From an uncultured delta proteobacterium (GTDB lineage: Bacteria; Myxococcota_A; Polyangia; Polyangiales; B10-G4), in assembly GCA_963727445.1 (NCBI GenBank), contig CAVSGI010000012.1, forward strand, positions 128,001-192,000: a DNA stretch of 64,000 nucleotides, in the 5' to 3' direction. Positions 48,022 to 59,039 of the stretch are shown here, piece after piece (within the stretch, counting starts at the first letter, position 1; each line of letters begins with the position of its first letter). The translations under genes were made by a program, and so were the position numbers. Below the pieces are notes generated by a model. It was not told where the DNA came from. It made no database searches and was given only the letters and a program-made list of their open reading frames with translations.

Positions 48022-48462
48022 TCAGTGTTGCCCGCGAATCGACCGCCGAAGCCTGCGCTTTCCGTCTTCGCATGCTTCGAGGCGCGTTCCCGACTCCTGG
48101 ATCGCGGCATTCGAGCGGTCGATGATCGTCTGTATCCGGCTCGCTTCTTCTTGCGGAATTCGTGCGTTCTCGTCGCCTCCGGAGGCGCGATCGAGCTCTA
48201 CCGTGGCCTCGCGCTGGGCGACCTCGGCTTCGATCAATGACCGGTGCCCCTCGGTGCACGCCTGACGTACTTCGATCACCTCTTCGTTCGTCAGAGGCAG
48301 CGCTTCGAGGGCGTCGATCATGCGCTCGCGCTCGGCGACCGGCGCATCGAGGGTCACGAGCTCGGCGCGATCGAGAAAGAGTCGCGCCTCGTTGTCCTGC
48401 TTGTTGCCGCACGCGGCAGCCGAGAAGAGGACACAGACCCAGGCGACTTTCGCGCGTGACAC
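48022..48462 (-). CDS. Helical lipoprotein
   Basis: Lipobox AAAC; 146 aa. Confidence 0.55.
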   Translation of the reverse strand: MSRAKVAWVCVLFSAAACGNKQDNEARLFLDRAELVTLDAPVAERERMIDALEALPLTNEEVIEVRQACTEGHRSLIEAEVAQREATVELDRASGGDENARIPQEEASRIQTIIDRSNAAIQESGTRLEACEDGKRRLRRSIRGQH

Positions 48463-48544
48463 GGGCGGAGCTTACGTCTCGAGGGCCGGGTTGCAAGCGA
48501 TGTGAGAGGCATCGTTCTTGACCGCGGGGCTTCGAAGGGACCAG

Positions 48545-49681
48545 ATGTTTGTCGTGAGCGAGATTCATCGCGTCTATCTCATCCCCGGAATGTTCGGTTT
48601 CGGGCGTCTCGCAGGCTACGACTACTTCGAGCACGTCGAGCGCCTCCTCGCCCGGCGCTTCGAGACGGCGGGCGTTCGATATCTGCTCGAGATCGTCCCG
48701 ACGCCGCCCACTGCCTCGATTCGGCGGCGGGCGCGAGTCGTCGCGGAGCGCGTGAGTCAGACCGCGGGTGACGACAACGGCCCCATCCATCTCGTCGGGC
48801 ACTCCACCGGCGGCCTCGACGCCCGGCTCATCGCGTCGCCCACGGTGGCCCTCGAGCTCGACGAGGAGCGGCTCGGGTGGAAGTCGCGGCTCCGCACCGT
48901 CGTCACCATGAACGCGCCCCACTACGGGACGCCGCTGGCGACCTTCTTCACCACCGTTTCGGGAACGCGCTTGCTCTACGCGCTGTCGCTCCTGACCTTC
49001 ACGACGCTTCGTTACGGGAGCGCGCCCCTCACCGTCTTCAGTAGTCTCCTCGCCGCCGTGGGCTCGGTGGACGAGGCGGCCGGCATCGACATCAAGCTCC
49101 TCGACCGCACCACCAACTTGCTCCTCCGTTTCGTCGACGACAGGGGGCGCGACGAGGTGCGTCGTTGGCTCGACGGCGTGCGGCGTGATCAGGGCGGGAT
49201 CATCCAGGTGACCCCGGAGGCGATGGACATCTTCAACGCCGCCACCGAGAACGCCGAGGGCGTTCGTTACGCAAGCCTCGCCAGTGCTTCTCCGCCGCCG
49301 CGCCCCGTGCGCCTGATCACGCGGGTGCGCTCGCCCTACCAGGCATTGAGCGCGACCATCTACGCCACCGTGCAGTCGGTGACCAGCCGCGAGCACGCCA
49401 ACTACCCGTGTCCGCGCGGCGACGACGACGCCCGGCGCATTTTGAAGGCTGGCATCGGTCTCGATGTCGACAACTCGATCACCGACGGCATCGTGCCCAC
49501 CCTCTCCATGGTCTGGGGCGAGCTCCTCTGGGCCGGCAAGGCCGACCACCTCGACGTCGTCGGCCACTTCCACGACGACCACGGCAACGACCACGTCGAC
49601 TGGCTCGCCAGCGGCGCCAACTTCTCCCGCGACTCCTTCGCCAAGTCGATGGAGGCGGTCGGGACGTTCCTGCTGGGGTAG
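48545..49681 (+). CDS. Alpha/beta hydrolase (triacylglycerol lipase-like)
   Basis: PGMFGF, GHSTGG nucleophile elbow, PHYGTP, DGIVP, DHLDVVG. Confidence 0.85.
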   Translation: MFVVSEIHRVYLIPGMFGFGRLAGYDYFEHVERLLARRFETAGVRYLLEIVPTPPTASIRRRARVVAERVSQTAGDDNGPIHLVGHSTGGLDARLIASPTVALELDEERLGWKSRLRTVVTMNAPHYGTPLATFFTTVSGTRLLYALSLLTFTTLRYGSAPLTVFSSLLAAVGSVDEAAGIDIKLLDRTTNLLLRFVDDRGRDEVRRWLDGVRRDQGGIIQVTPEAMDIFNAATENAEGVRYASLASASPPPRPVRLITRVRSPYQALSATIYATVQSVTSREHANYPCPRGDDDARRILKAGIGLDVDNSITDGIVPTLSMVWGELLWAGKADHLDVVGHFHDDHGNDHVDWLASGANFSRDSFAKSMEAVGTFLLG

Positions 49682-49690
49682 GGGCGGGCG

Positions 49691-50105
49691 GGTGCACGTG
49701 TGCGAGCCGGAGGGCTGCGCGCGGGCGTTTCGGCGCCGCGGGGGGTGGAAGGGGACGTTTCGGCCACCGTCGGTGGAGGGGGGGCGGATGCTGACCAGCG
49801 TTTGCTGATGACGGAGGCGGGGTGCAGGTGTGCGAGCCGGAGGGCTGCGCGCGGGCGTTTCGGTGCCGCGGGGGGTGGAAGGGGACGTTTCGGCCACCGT
49901 CGGTGGAGGGGGTGCGGATGCTGACCAGCGTTTGCTGATGAGGGAGGCGGGGTGCACGTGTGCGAGCCGGAGGGCTGCGCGCGGGCGGGGGCTGGAAGCG
50001 GACGTTTCGGCCACCGTCGGTGGAGGCGGGCCGGATGCTGACCAGCGTTTGCTGATGAGGGAGGCGGGGTGCACGTGTGCGAGCCGGAGGGCGGCGCGCG
50101 GGCGC
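49691..50105. repeat. ~130-bp tandem repeat (3 units plus partial 4th)
   Basis: GGTGCA(C/G)GTGTGCGAGCCGGAGGGC... begins at 49691, 49821, 49951 and 50068; the third unit is about 13 bp shorter. Confidence 0.95.
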
Positions 50106-50305
50106 TTCGGTGCGCGGAGACGTGGGTCGGAGTGAGGTGGTGAGTGGGTGGCGGGCGGGGAGAGCCGCGGGTGGCGGTCGCGCGGACGCCGCCGTGGGTG
50201 GCCGCGGCCGCTGCGCGGCCTCTGTCCGGCGCGGGGCGCCGGACGCGAGATGGGCGAGATGGGGTGACACGCGCGAGGAATGCGCTGGGGGCGGACACAA
50301 CGCGG

Positions 50306-51000
50306 AGCGTTGACGGGAACGTCGGGGGTTGTGACCGCCGTGCGGTCACAAGTGGCAGCGTTGACGGGAACGGCGGGGGTTGTGACCGCCGTGCGGTCAC
50401 AAGTGGCAGCGTTGACGGGAACGTCGGGGGTTGTGACCGCCGTGCGGTCACAAGTGGCAGCGTTGACGGGAACGGCGGGGGTTGTGACCGCCATGCGGTC
50501 ACAAGTGGCAGCGTTGATGGGAACGGCGAGGGTTGTGACCGCCATGCGGTCACAAGTGGCAGCGTTGATGGGAACGGCGAGGGTTGTGACCGCCGTGCGG
50601 TCACAAGTGGCAGCGTTGACGGGAACGGCGGGGGTTGTGACCGCCATGCGGTCACAAGTGGCAGCGTTGACGGGAACGGCGGGGGTTGTGACCGCGCTGC
50701 GGTCACAAGTCGTACCGTTGACGGGAACGTCGGGGGTTGTGACCGCGCTGCGGTCACAAGTCGTAGCGTTGATGGGAACGCCGGGGGTTGTGACCGCGCT
50801 GCGGTCACAAGTGGCAGCGTTGACGGGAACGTCGGGGGTTGTGACCGCCGTGCGGTCACAAGTGGCAGCGTTGATGGGAACGCCGGGGGTTGTGACCGCT
50901 GTGCGGTCACAAGTCGTAGCGTTGATGGGAACGGCGGGGGTTGTGACCGCGCTGCGGTCACAAGTCGTAGCATTGATGGGAACGTCGGGAGTTGTGATCG
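50306..51000. repeat. 51-bp tandem array, 13 full palindromic units plus a degenerate 14th
   Basis: Unit AGCGTTGA(C/T)GGGAACG(T/G/C)CGGGGGTTGTGACCGC-NNN-GCGGTCACAAGT(GGC/CGT); palindromes every 51 bp from 50329 to 50941. Confidence 0.97.
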
Positions 51001-51047
51001 CCGGATCGCCCCGGGGCGAGTTGCTGCGTGACATCCGGAGGCGAACC

Positions 51048-51146
51048 GCTCTGGGAGGGGATCGGGCGTAGCCCCCGAGTTCGGTTCGCCTGGGGGGACG
51101 GCTCTGGGAGGGATCGGGCGTAGCCCCCGAGTTCGGTTCGCCTGGG
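51048..51146. repeat. Duplicated ~47-bp hairpin-containing unit (period 53)
   Basis: GCTCTGGGAGGG(G)ATCGGGCGTAGCCCCCGAGTTCGGTTCGCCTGGG at 51048 and 51101. Confidence 0.9.
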
Positions 51147-51651
51147 CGGAGACGTCCCCGTCTCTCAACTCTCCACACGAGGAGTCGATGTTTCGAATGT
51201 TCCCGAACGAGCTGCTTTCGCCATTGAAAGTGGAACGCAGGCCCAACGCACTCCTCACCCATCACGTCCTCAACTCACCAGCCTCGCGTCCGGCGCCCCG
51301 CGCCGGACAGAGGCCGCGCAGCGGCCGCGGCCCACCCACGCCCCCGTTCGCGCGACCGCCACCCGCGGCTCTCACCGCGCGCCGTCCCACCAATCACCGC
51401 ACCCCGACCCACGTCTCCGCGCACCGAAGCGCCGGCGCGCCGCCCTCCGGCTCGCACAAATCCCCCCCCGCGTCCCTCATCGGCAACCGCCTGTCAGCAC
51501 CCGATCGGCATCCACCGAGAGCGCTCGACGCGCTGCCATCCACCCCATCCTGCACGCAGCCCTCGCGGTGACCCGCTCCCAGGCGTCCCTCCGTTCACGC
51601 GTTCACCGTTTCTCGCCCCGCGGCGGGCGGGGCGAAGCGCGGCTCCGGCCC

Positions 51652-53055
51652 TCAGTCCAGCTCGGTCTTGCGCTTTGGCCGATACCGCACCCGGATCGAG
51701 GTGCCGTCGAAGCCGAAGCGTCTGCGGATCTGGTTGGCGACGTAGCGCTGATAGCTGAAGTGGACGTCCTCGGGGCGGTTGGTGACGACGACGAAGGTGG
51801 GGGGGCGGACCTCGGCCTGGGTGATGAAGTAGAGGCGGACGGTGCGCTTGCCCTGGGTGGGGGGCGGATGGGTTTCGATGACATCCGCGAAGAAGCGGTT
51901 GAGCTCGGCGGTGCCGATGCGCTTGTCGTGCTCCTTCAGCGCGGCGTCGACGGCGCTCATGATCTTCTGGACGCCGCGGCCCTCCTTGACGCTGGCGACG
52001 ACGATCGGGGCCCATGGCGCGAAGGCCAGGACCTCGCGGGTGCGGGTGATGGCGGCCTTTCGCTCCTCGCCGTTCATCAGGTCCGACTTGTTGAGCACGA
52101 CCACCAGCGCGCGGCCGCGCTCCTCGGCGAGGCCGGCGAATCTTGGCATCCTGCTCGGCCACGCCGTCGGCGGCGTCGATCATCAGCAGCACGCAGTGCG
52201 CCGCTCCATCGCCTTGATCGCGTGGATCACGGCGAGGCCCTCGACGCCTCCTTTGACCGAGCGGCGCCGGCGGATGCCGGCGGTGTCGATGAGCACGAGA
52301 GGGTTCCCGTCGCGCTCGAGCAGCGTGTCGATGGGGTCCATCGTGGTGCCGGGCCGCGCGTCGACCAGGTGACGATCCTCCCCGACCAGCCGATTGATCA
52401 GAGACGACTTGCCCGCGTTCGGCCGCCCCACGATCGCCACCCGCGGACACTCGCGACCCGCGACCGGCTCGAGCGTCTCCGAGACCTCGGGCAATGCCTC
52501 GGCGATCGCGTCCTCGAGGTCGCCGGTGTTGTTCCCGTGAGGCGCCGAGACGGGCAGGATGTGCTCGAGCCCCAGCTCGTAGAGCGCCATCGCCTCGTGT
52601 TCGTGGCGCCGCGCGTCCGCCTTGTTGGCCACCCAGATCACCGGCTTGTCCGCGTGCCGAAGCAGCTTCACCGCTTCGCGGTCCGCGGGCGTGGGATCGG
52701 TACGCGCGTCGAGGACCGCCACGATCATGTCGCACTCCGCGATGGCCAGGCGCACCTGCGGGGCGATCGACTCCGCCATCGGATCCTCCGATTCGGGATC
52801 GAAGCCGCCGGTGTCGACGAGCACGTACTCTCGCCCCCGCGCCACCGCGTCCGCATAGTGTCGGTCGCGCGTGACCCCGGCCACGTCCTCGACGATCGCG
52901 ATCTTCGCACCCGCGAGCCGATTGAACAGCGTGCTCTTGCCGACGTTCGGCCGGCCCACGATGGCGACCACCGGCCGGTTGCCCCCCGCGCCCGCCGGCA
53001 TCGCGTCGCGCGGCCTCTTCCGCGACGCACCCCGCCTCGCACGCGCGTCGCTCAC
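51652..53055 (-). CDS. der: Ribosome biogenesis GTPase Der/EngA (two compensating apparent frameshifts at ~52200 and ~52139)
   Basis: Two G-domains (GRPNVGKS/DTGG/NKAD and GRPNAGKS/DTAG/NKSD) and a KH-like PPTF...SYQRYVANQIR...FGF tail. The middle segment HCVLLMIDAADGVAEQDAKI lies in another frame. Confidence 0.9.
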
Positions 53056-54002
53056 GGCGAGTCCTCCGTCAGCTCACGCACCCGTCGCGCGTCGCGCGTC
53101 CAGCCCGGGATCACCTTCACGAAGATCTCCAGGAACACCTTCCGCGGGCGACCGGGCGCACCTCCGGCGAGGAGCTTCTCGATCTCCTGCCGCGCTTCCG
53201 TCCCGATGATCTTCAGACGCGAGCCCTTCTTACCGATGACGATGCCCTTGTGCGCGTCCTTGTCGACGATCACCGTCGCCTTGATGCGCGTGAGCTTTTC
53301 GTCCTCCAGGTACTCGTCGAGCTGCACCGCGGCGCCGTATGGCACCTCGTCGCGCGTGTGGTTCATGACCGCCTCGCGCACCAGCTCCGCCGCGAAGAAG
53401 CGCATCGGGCGGTCGGTCAGCATGTCCTCGTCGTAGAGCAGTCCCTCGGGAAGCTGCTGACGGATCTCGCCGAGCAGCCCCTCCAGGTTCGTCCCCCGCG
53501 TCGCCGAGGTCGGCACCACCGCCACCACGCCATCCTCCGCGAGCCACTTCTCGAGGATCGGCAACAGCCGCTCCCGCGGCTTGACCTTGTCCACCTTGTT
53601 GACGACGACGATGATGGGCGCGCCCGTGGTCCGCGCCGCCTCCAGCACCGCCTGGTCGCCCGGATGCCGTTCCGCGTCGTGGTCCTCGACGAAGTCGGTC
53701 ATCAGCACGATGGCGTCCGCATCCGCGAGGCCGCTCCGCGCCGAGTCCGAGAGCGCCTTGTGCAGGGCGGTCTTGCTCTTGCCGATCCCGGGCGTGTCGA
53801 CGAAGGCGATCTGCGTTGGCGGATCGGGCCGGTAGAGCACCCCCAGCACGCACGAGCGGGTGGTCCCGGGTCGCGGCGTCGCGATGGCGAGCTTCTGCCC
53901 GAGGAGCGCGTTCATCAGCGTCGACTTGCCGACGTTCGGCCGCCCCACGATGGCCACGCGGCCTCCGCGCGGTCCCTCTCGATTTTCGTCACCGGTTTCC
54001 AA
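53052..54002 (-). CDS. era: GTPase Era
   Basis: GRPNVGKSTL, DTPG, NKVD, EVPY, KH domain VIGKKG, WT. Confidence 0.95.
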   Translation of the reverse strand: METGDENREGPRGGRVAIVGRPNVGKSTLMNALLGQKLAIATPRPGTTRSCVLGVLYRPDPPTQIAFVDTPGIGKSKTALHKALSDSARSGLADADAIVLMTDFVEDHDAERHPGDQAVLEAARTTGAPIIVVVNKVDKVKPRERLLPILEKWLAEDGVVAVVPTSATRGTNLEGLLGEIRQQLPEGLLYDEDMLTDRPMRFFAAELVREAVMNHTRDEVPYGAAVQLDEYLEDEKLTRIKATVIVDKDAHKGIVIGKKGSRLKIIGTEARQEIEKLLAGGAPGRPRKVFLEIFVKVIPGWTRDARRVRELTEDSP

Positions 54003-54068
54003 AGCGGCCGCACTATGGGCCGCGGGCGCCGCCCGGTCGAGCCTTCGACCTGCTACGCTCCCTCGCCC

Positions 54069-54605
54069 ATGGGCCTGGCCTCCATCATCCTCGGCGTTCT
54101 GTCCTTCCTCGCGATGCTCGCGGGCTTCCTCCTCTCGTGGGTACCGATCCTCGGCACGATCCTCTCCTTCGGAGCGCCCCTGCTCGGCATCGCCGGCATC
54201 GTCACCGGCGGTCTGGGTCTCAGTCGGGCCAAGCAGGAGGGCCAGCCCACCGGCGCCCCGATGGCCGGGCTGATCGTCAGCATCCTGGCCTTCATCCCGG
54301 CGGTGCTGGTCGCCCTCACCTGCGGCCTCTGCAACGCCTGCATGACCGCTGGCGCGATGAACCCCAACAGCAACTTCCAGGTCTACATGGACGGGGGCCC
54401 TTCACAGCTCCACGATCCCTCCTCCGTCCCCGACGGCGGCCCCGGCCAGCCCGGCGTGGCGGCCGACCCGAACGCTCCCGCCGACCCCAACGCCCCCACC
54501 GATCCGAACGCGGCACCCAGCGACCCCAACGCCCCGCCGCCCGCTTTCCCGCCTCCGCCCATGGATCCCCCCGAGGAGGCGGAGGCTCCATCCGAGCCCG
54601 AGTGA
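54069..54605 (+). CDS. DUF4190-like membrane protein with Pro-rich tail
   Basis: ASIILG...GIVTG..GL...AGLIVS pattern; DPNAP repeats. Confidence 0.55.
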   Translation: MGLASIILGVLSFLAMLAGFLLSWVPILGTILSFGAPLLGIAGIVTGGLGLSRAKQEGQPTGAPMAGLIVSILAFIPAVLVALTCGLCNACMTAGAMNPNSNFQVYMDGGPSQLHDPSSVPDGGPGQPGVAADPNAPADPNAPTDPNAAPSDPNAPPPAFPPPPMDPPEEAEAPSEPE

Positions 54606-54606
54606 G

Positions 54607-55392
54607 TTGGATCCCATCGTCACCATCGTCCGCATCGGCGACACGGTGCGACCGATCGGCAGCTACGGGCTGATGATGGTCCTCGCGATCCTCGTCGGCT
54701 CGGGCCTGGCGGTCCGCGCTGCGACGCGCGCACGCCTCGACGCCGGATTGGTCATCGCCTCCCTCGGCTACACCGTGACCGCTGCCGGCACCGGCGCCTT
54801 CGGCCTCTTCGCGCTCGTCGAATGGATCCGCACCGGCGACCCGACCACGGCGCTCCATCAGCCGGGCCTCGTCTTCTTCGGCGCGCCCGTCGCGGGCGGC
54901 GTCGCGCTCTATCTCAGCTGCCGCGCCTTCTCGCTCCCCTTCGGCCGCCTCGTCGACCTCGGCACGCCCGCCATCGCGGTGGCACACGCCCTCGGTCGCT
55001 TCGGCTGCTTCCTCGGCGGTTGCTGTTACGGCGCCCCCTGGGACGGTCCCTGGGCGGTCGTCTACACCCATCCCCTGGCGCCCGCGGCGCATCCTTCCGT
55101 CCCGCGCCACCCCGTCCCCCTCTACGAAGCGGGCGGCCTGCTCCTGCTCGCCCTCCTCCTGTCCCTCACCCCGCCCAAGCGCGTCGGAGACGGGCGACGC
55201 CTCCTGCTCTACGCGCTGGCCTACGGCGCGCTCCGTTTCGGGGTCGAGCTCTTCCGCGGAGACGCAGTGCGCGGCCTGTACTTCGGTGGCGCGCTCTCCA
55301 CCAGTCAGCTCATCGCTCTCGCGGTCGCGGCCCTGGCCCTCGCCGGCCTCTACACCAAGCGAGCCCTACCGAGCGCCACCGGGACGGCGTAA
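54607..55392 (+). CDS. lgt: Prolipoprotein diacylglyceryl transferase family protein
   Basis: SYGLM, GLVFFG, GRFGCFLGGCCYG, HPVPLYE, RFGVELFRGD, STSQ. Confidence 0.8.
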   Translation: MDPIVTIVRIGDTVRPIGSYGLMMVLAILVGSGLAVRAATRARLDAGLVIASLGYTVTAAGTGAFGLFALVEWIRTGDPTTALHQPGLVFFGAPVAGGVALYLSCRAFSLPFGRLVDLGTPAIAVAHALGRFGCFLGGCCYGAPWDGPWAVVYTHPLAPAAHPSVPRHPVPLYEAGGLLLLALLLSLTPPKRVGDGRRLLLYALAYGALRFGVELFRGDAVRGLYFGGALSTSQLIALAVAALALAGLYTKRALPSATGTA

Positions 55393-55402
55393 AAGGAAGC
55401 CG

Positions 55403-56281
55403 GTGCGCGCTCCCTTCCTGCTCCCGCTCGTCTTGTTCCTCGGCAGCGCACCGGTTCATCCACCGCCGTCTCCTCCCTCCGGCAGCACGACAACGGTTCG
55501 CGTCCAGGGGCCCGCCATCGTCTGGATCGAGGCCGCCGATTTCACGCGCGGCGCCACCGAGGACGACATCGACTTCGCCGTCGATCTCTGCGCGCGCACC
55601 ACGCCGCGCTTCGAGGCCCGCATCCTCTGTCACCCCGAGACCTTCGCCCACGAGACGCCGCCTCAGGAGGTGCACCTCGACGCCTACGGCATCGACCGCA
55701 CGGAAGTGAGCGTCGCCGCCTACCGGCGTTGCGTGATCGCCGGGGTCTGCACGCCGTCCCGCATCGCCGTCGACAACGACCAGCTGGCGCTCCCCGACTA
55801 TCCGGTCACCGGCGTCGACTTCGCCCAGGCCACCCGCTACTGCGATTTCGTCGGCGGGCGCCTGCCGACCGAGGCGGAGTGGGAGCACGCTGCGCGCGGC
55901 GGCGATCACCGCCGCTTCCCCTGGGGCAACTTCTACAACGACCGCCTCGCCAACCATCTGCAGGGCGCCCTCGACACCGCCCTCGACGGCTACCGCTACG
56001 CCGCGCCGGTGGACGCCTTTCCGGACGGGCAGAGCGCGTACGGGTTGCTCGGGATGGCCGGCAACGCGATGGAGTGGACCGCCGACCTCTACGCGGCGGA
56101 TGCCTACACCACGACCTCCGCGGTCAACCCGCGCGGCGCGCGGGCCGGGGGCCTGCGCGTGGTGCGGGGCGGCTCCTGGCGCTCGTGGGCCTTCACCCTC
56201 CGGAGCACCTTCCGATTCCAGGTCGGTTCCGGCGAGACCCATCCGGACCTCGGTTTTCGCTGCGCTTACGACCCTCCCTGA
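55403..56281 (+). CDS. FGE-sulfatase/SUMF1 domain protein
   Basis: IDRTEVS, RLPTEAEWEHAARG, GMAGNAMEW, RGGSW, GFRCA. Confidence 0.9.
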   Translation: MRAPFLLPLVLFLGSAPVHPPPSPPSGSTTTVRVQGPAIVWIEAADFTRGATEDDIDFAVDLCARTTPRFEARILCHPETFAHETPPQEVHLDAYGIDRTEVSVAAYRRCVIAGVCTPSRIAVDNDQLALPDYPVTGVDFAQATRYCDFVGGRLPTEAEWEHAARGGDHRRFPWGNFYNDRLANHLQGALDTALDGYRYAAPVDAFPDGQSAYGLLGMAGNAMEWTADLYAADAYTTTSAVNPRGARAGGLRVVRGGSWRSWAFTLRSTFRFQVGSGETHPDLGFRCAYDPP

Positions 56282-56344
56282 GGTTTCGGCGTGCTCCCAT
56301 CCCCGCTGGCCAAACCGTATCCTCTCCCTTATGCTCCGCGCCCC

Positions 56345-56929
56345 ATGAAGACCCTTGCTTTCGTCGGTCTCGCGTCGACCTTCATCCTGATGGCCGCCGG
56401 CTGTCCGGGTGAGGAAGGCGAGGTCTGCTTCAAAGATGGTGACTGCTCTTCCGGCCTCATCTGCTGCAAGACCACCACTTCGGTCACTGCGCGTGGGCGC
56501 TGCTACGCGAGCGCGGACAGCTGCGGCGTCGTCGCTCGGCCCGACTCCAGCACCGACACCGGGGCGGGCGATGCCGACACCGACGCCTCCACCGATGCCG
56601 CGACCGACACGTCGACCGACGCGCCGGCGGACACTGCGCCGCCCATGGACGCCACCATGCCGTGCGATCCCACCATGGACGAATGCGGCGACGGCTATTG
56701 CTCGCTCGCCAGCTGTGGGGATTCGGTGGGGCAGTGCATGGACCGCCCACTTCGCTGCGACGGGGTCCTCGATCCGGTCTGCGGTTGTGACGGCCGGACC
56801 TACACCAGCGAGTGCGAGGCCAGCCGCACCGGGATTTCCATCGACCACACCGGCGAGTGCGGCACCGCGCCGGACGCCACCGTCATGGACGCCGGGCCCG
56901 ACGCGACCGACGCCAGCACCGGCGGCTGA
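56345..56929 (+). CDS. Cys-rich lipoprotein with Kazal-type domain
   Basis: Lipobox AAGC; PVCGCDGRTYTSECEA...GEC. Confidence 0.8.
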   Translation: MKTLAFVGLASTFILMAAGCPGEEGEVCFKDGDCSSGLICCKTTTSVTARGRCYASADSCGVVARPDSSTDTGAGDADTDASTDAATDTSTDAPADTAPPMDATMPCDPTMDECGDGYCSLASCGDSVGQCMDRPLRCDGVLDPVCGCDGRTYTSECEASRTGISIDHTGECGTAPDATVMDAGPDATDASTGG

Positions 56930-56992
56930 GCGGAAAATCGGGCGGATCGCCTTCCGACTGGCAAGCGGCGCCTGTACCCTCAGTGGCCCGCG

Positions 56993-58937
<1,945 letters not shown>

Positions 58938-59039
58938 AGGAGCGCCTCGGGGGCGGCTTCGCTGGGTTGACGGTGGTGGCTACGGGGTAGTACCAGGACT
59001 TTCGTTCGGGAATTTTCCGTACGTTCGGGGAGGAGCAAG

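Larger units (their letters stand above)
50016..51518. mobile_element. Candidate non-autonomous foldback/MITE-like element with ~235-bp imperfect inverted arms
   Basis: About 50016-50249 is the diverged reverse complement of about 51283-51518; no transposase inside. Confidence 0.45.

Noticed and set aside
50329..50351. CRP/FNR binding site (TGTGA...TCACA)
   Set aside because: The half-sites are 11 bp apart, not the canonical 6 bp.
50306..51000. CRISPR array (23-bp palindromic repeat with 28-bp spacers)
   Set aside because: The intervening segments are near-identical rather than unique spacers, and there are no cas genes in the window.
47939..51265. Long ORFs across the repeat region (1108, 618, 295 and 263 aa)
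   Set aside because: They are open because the 51-bp (3n) GC-rich repeat lacks stops in most frames. They have no recognisable domains, and the longest overlap real genes on the other strand.
51652..53055. der as a true pseudogene or split gene
   Set aside because: It is an essential gene, and two nearby compensating indels restore a normal protein, so sequencing error is more likely.
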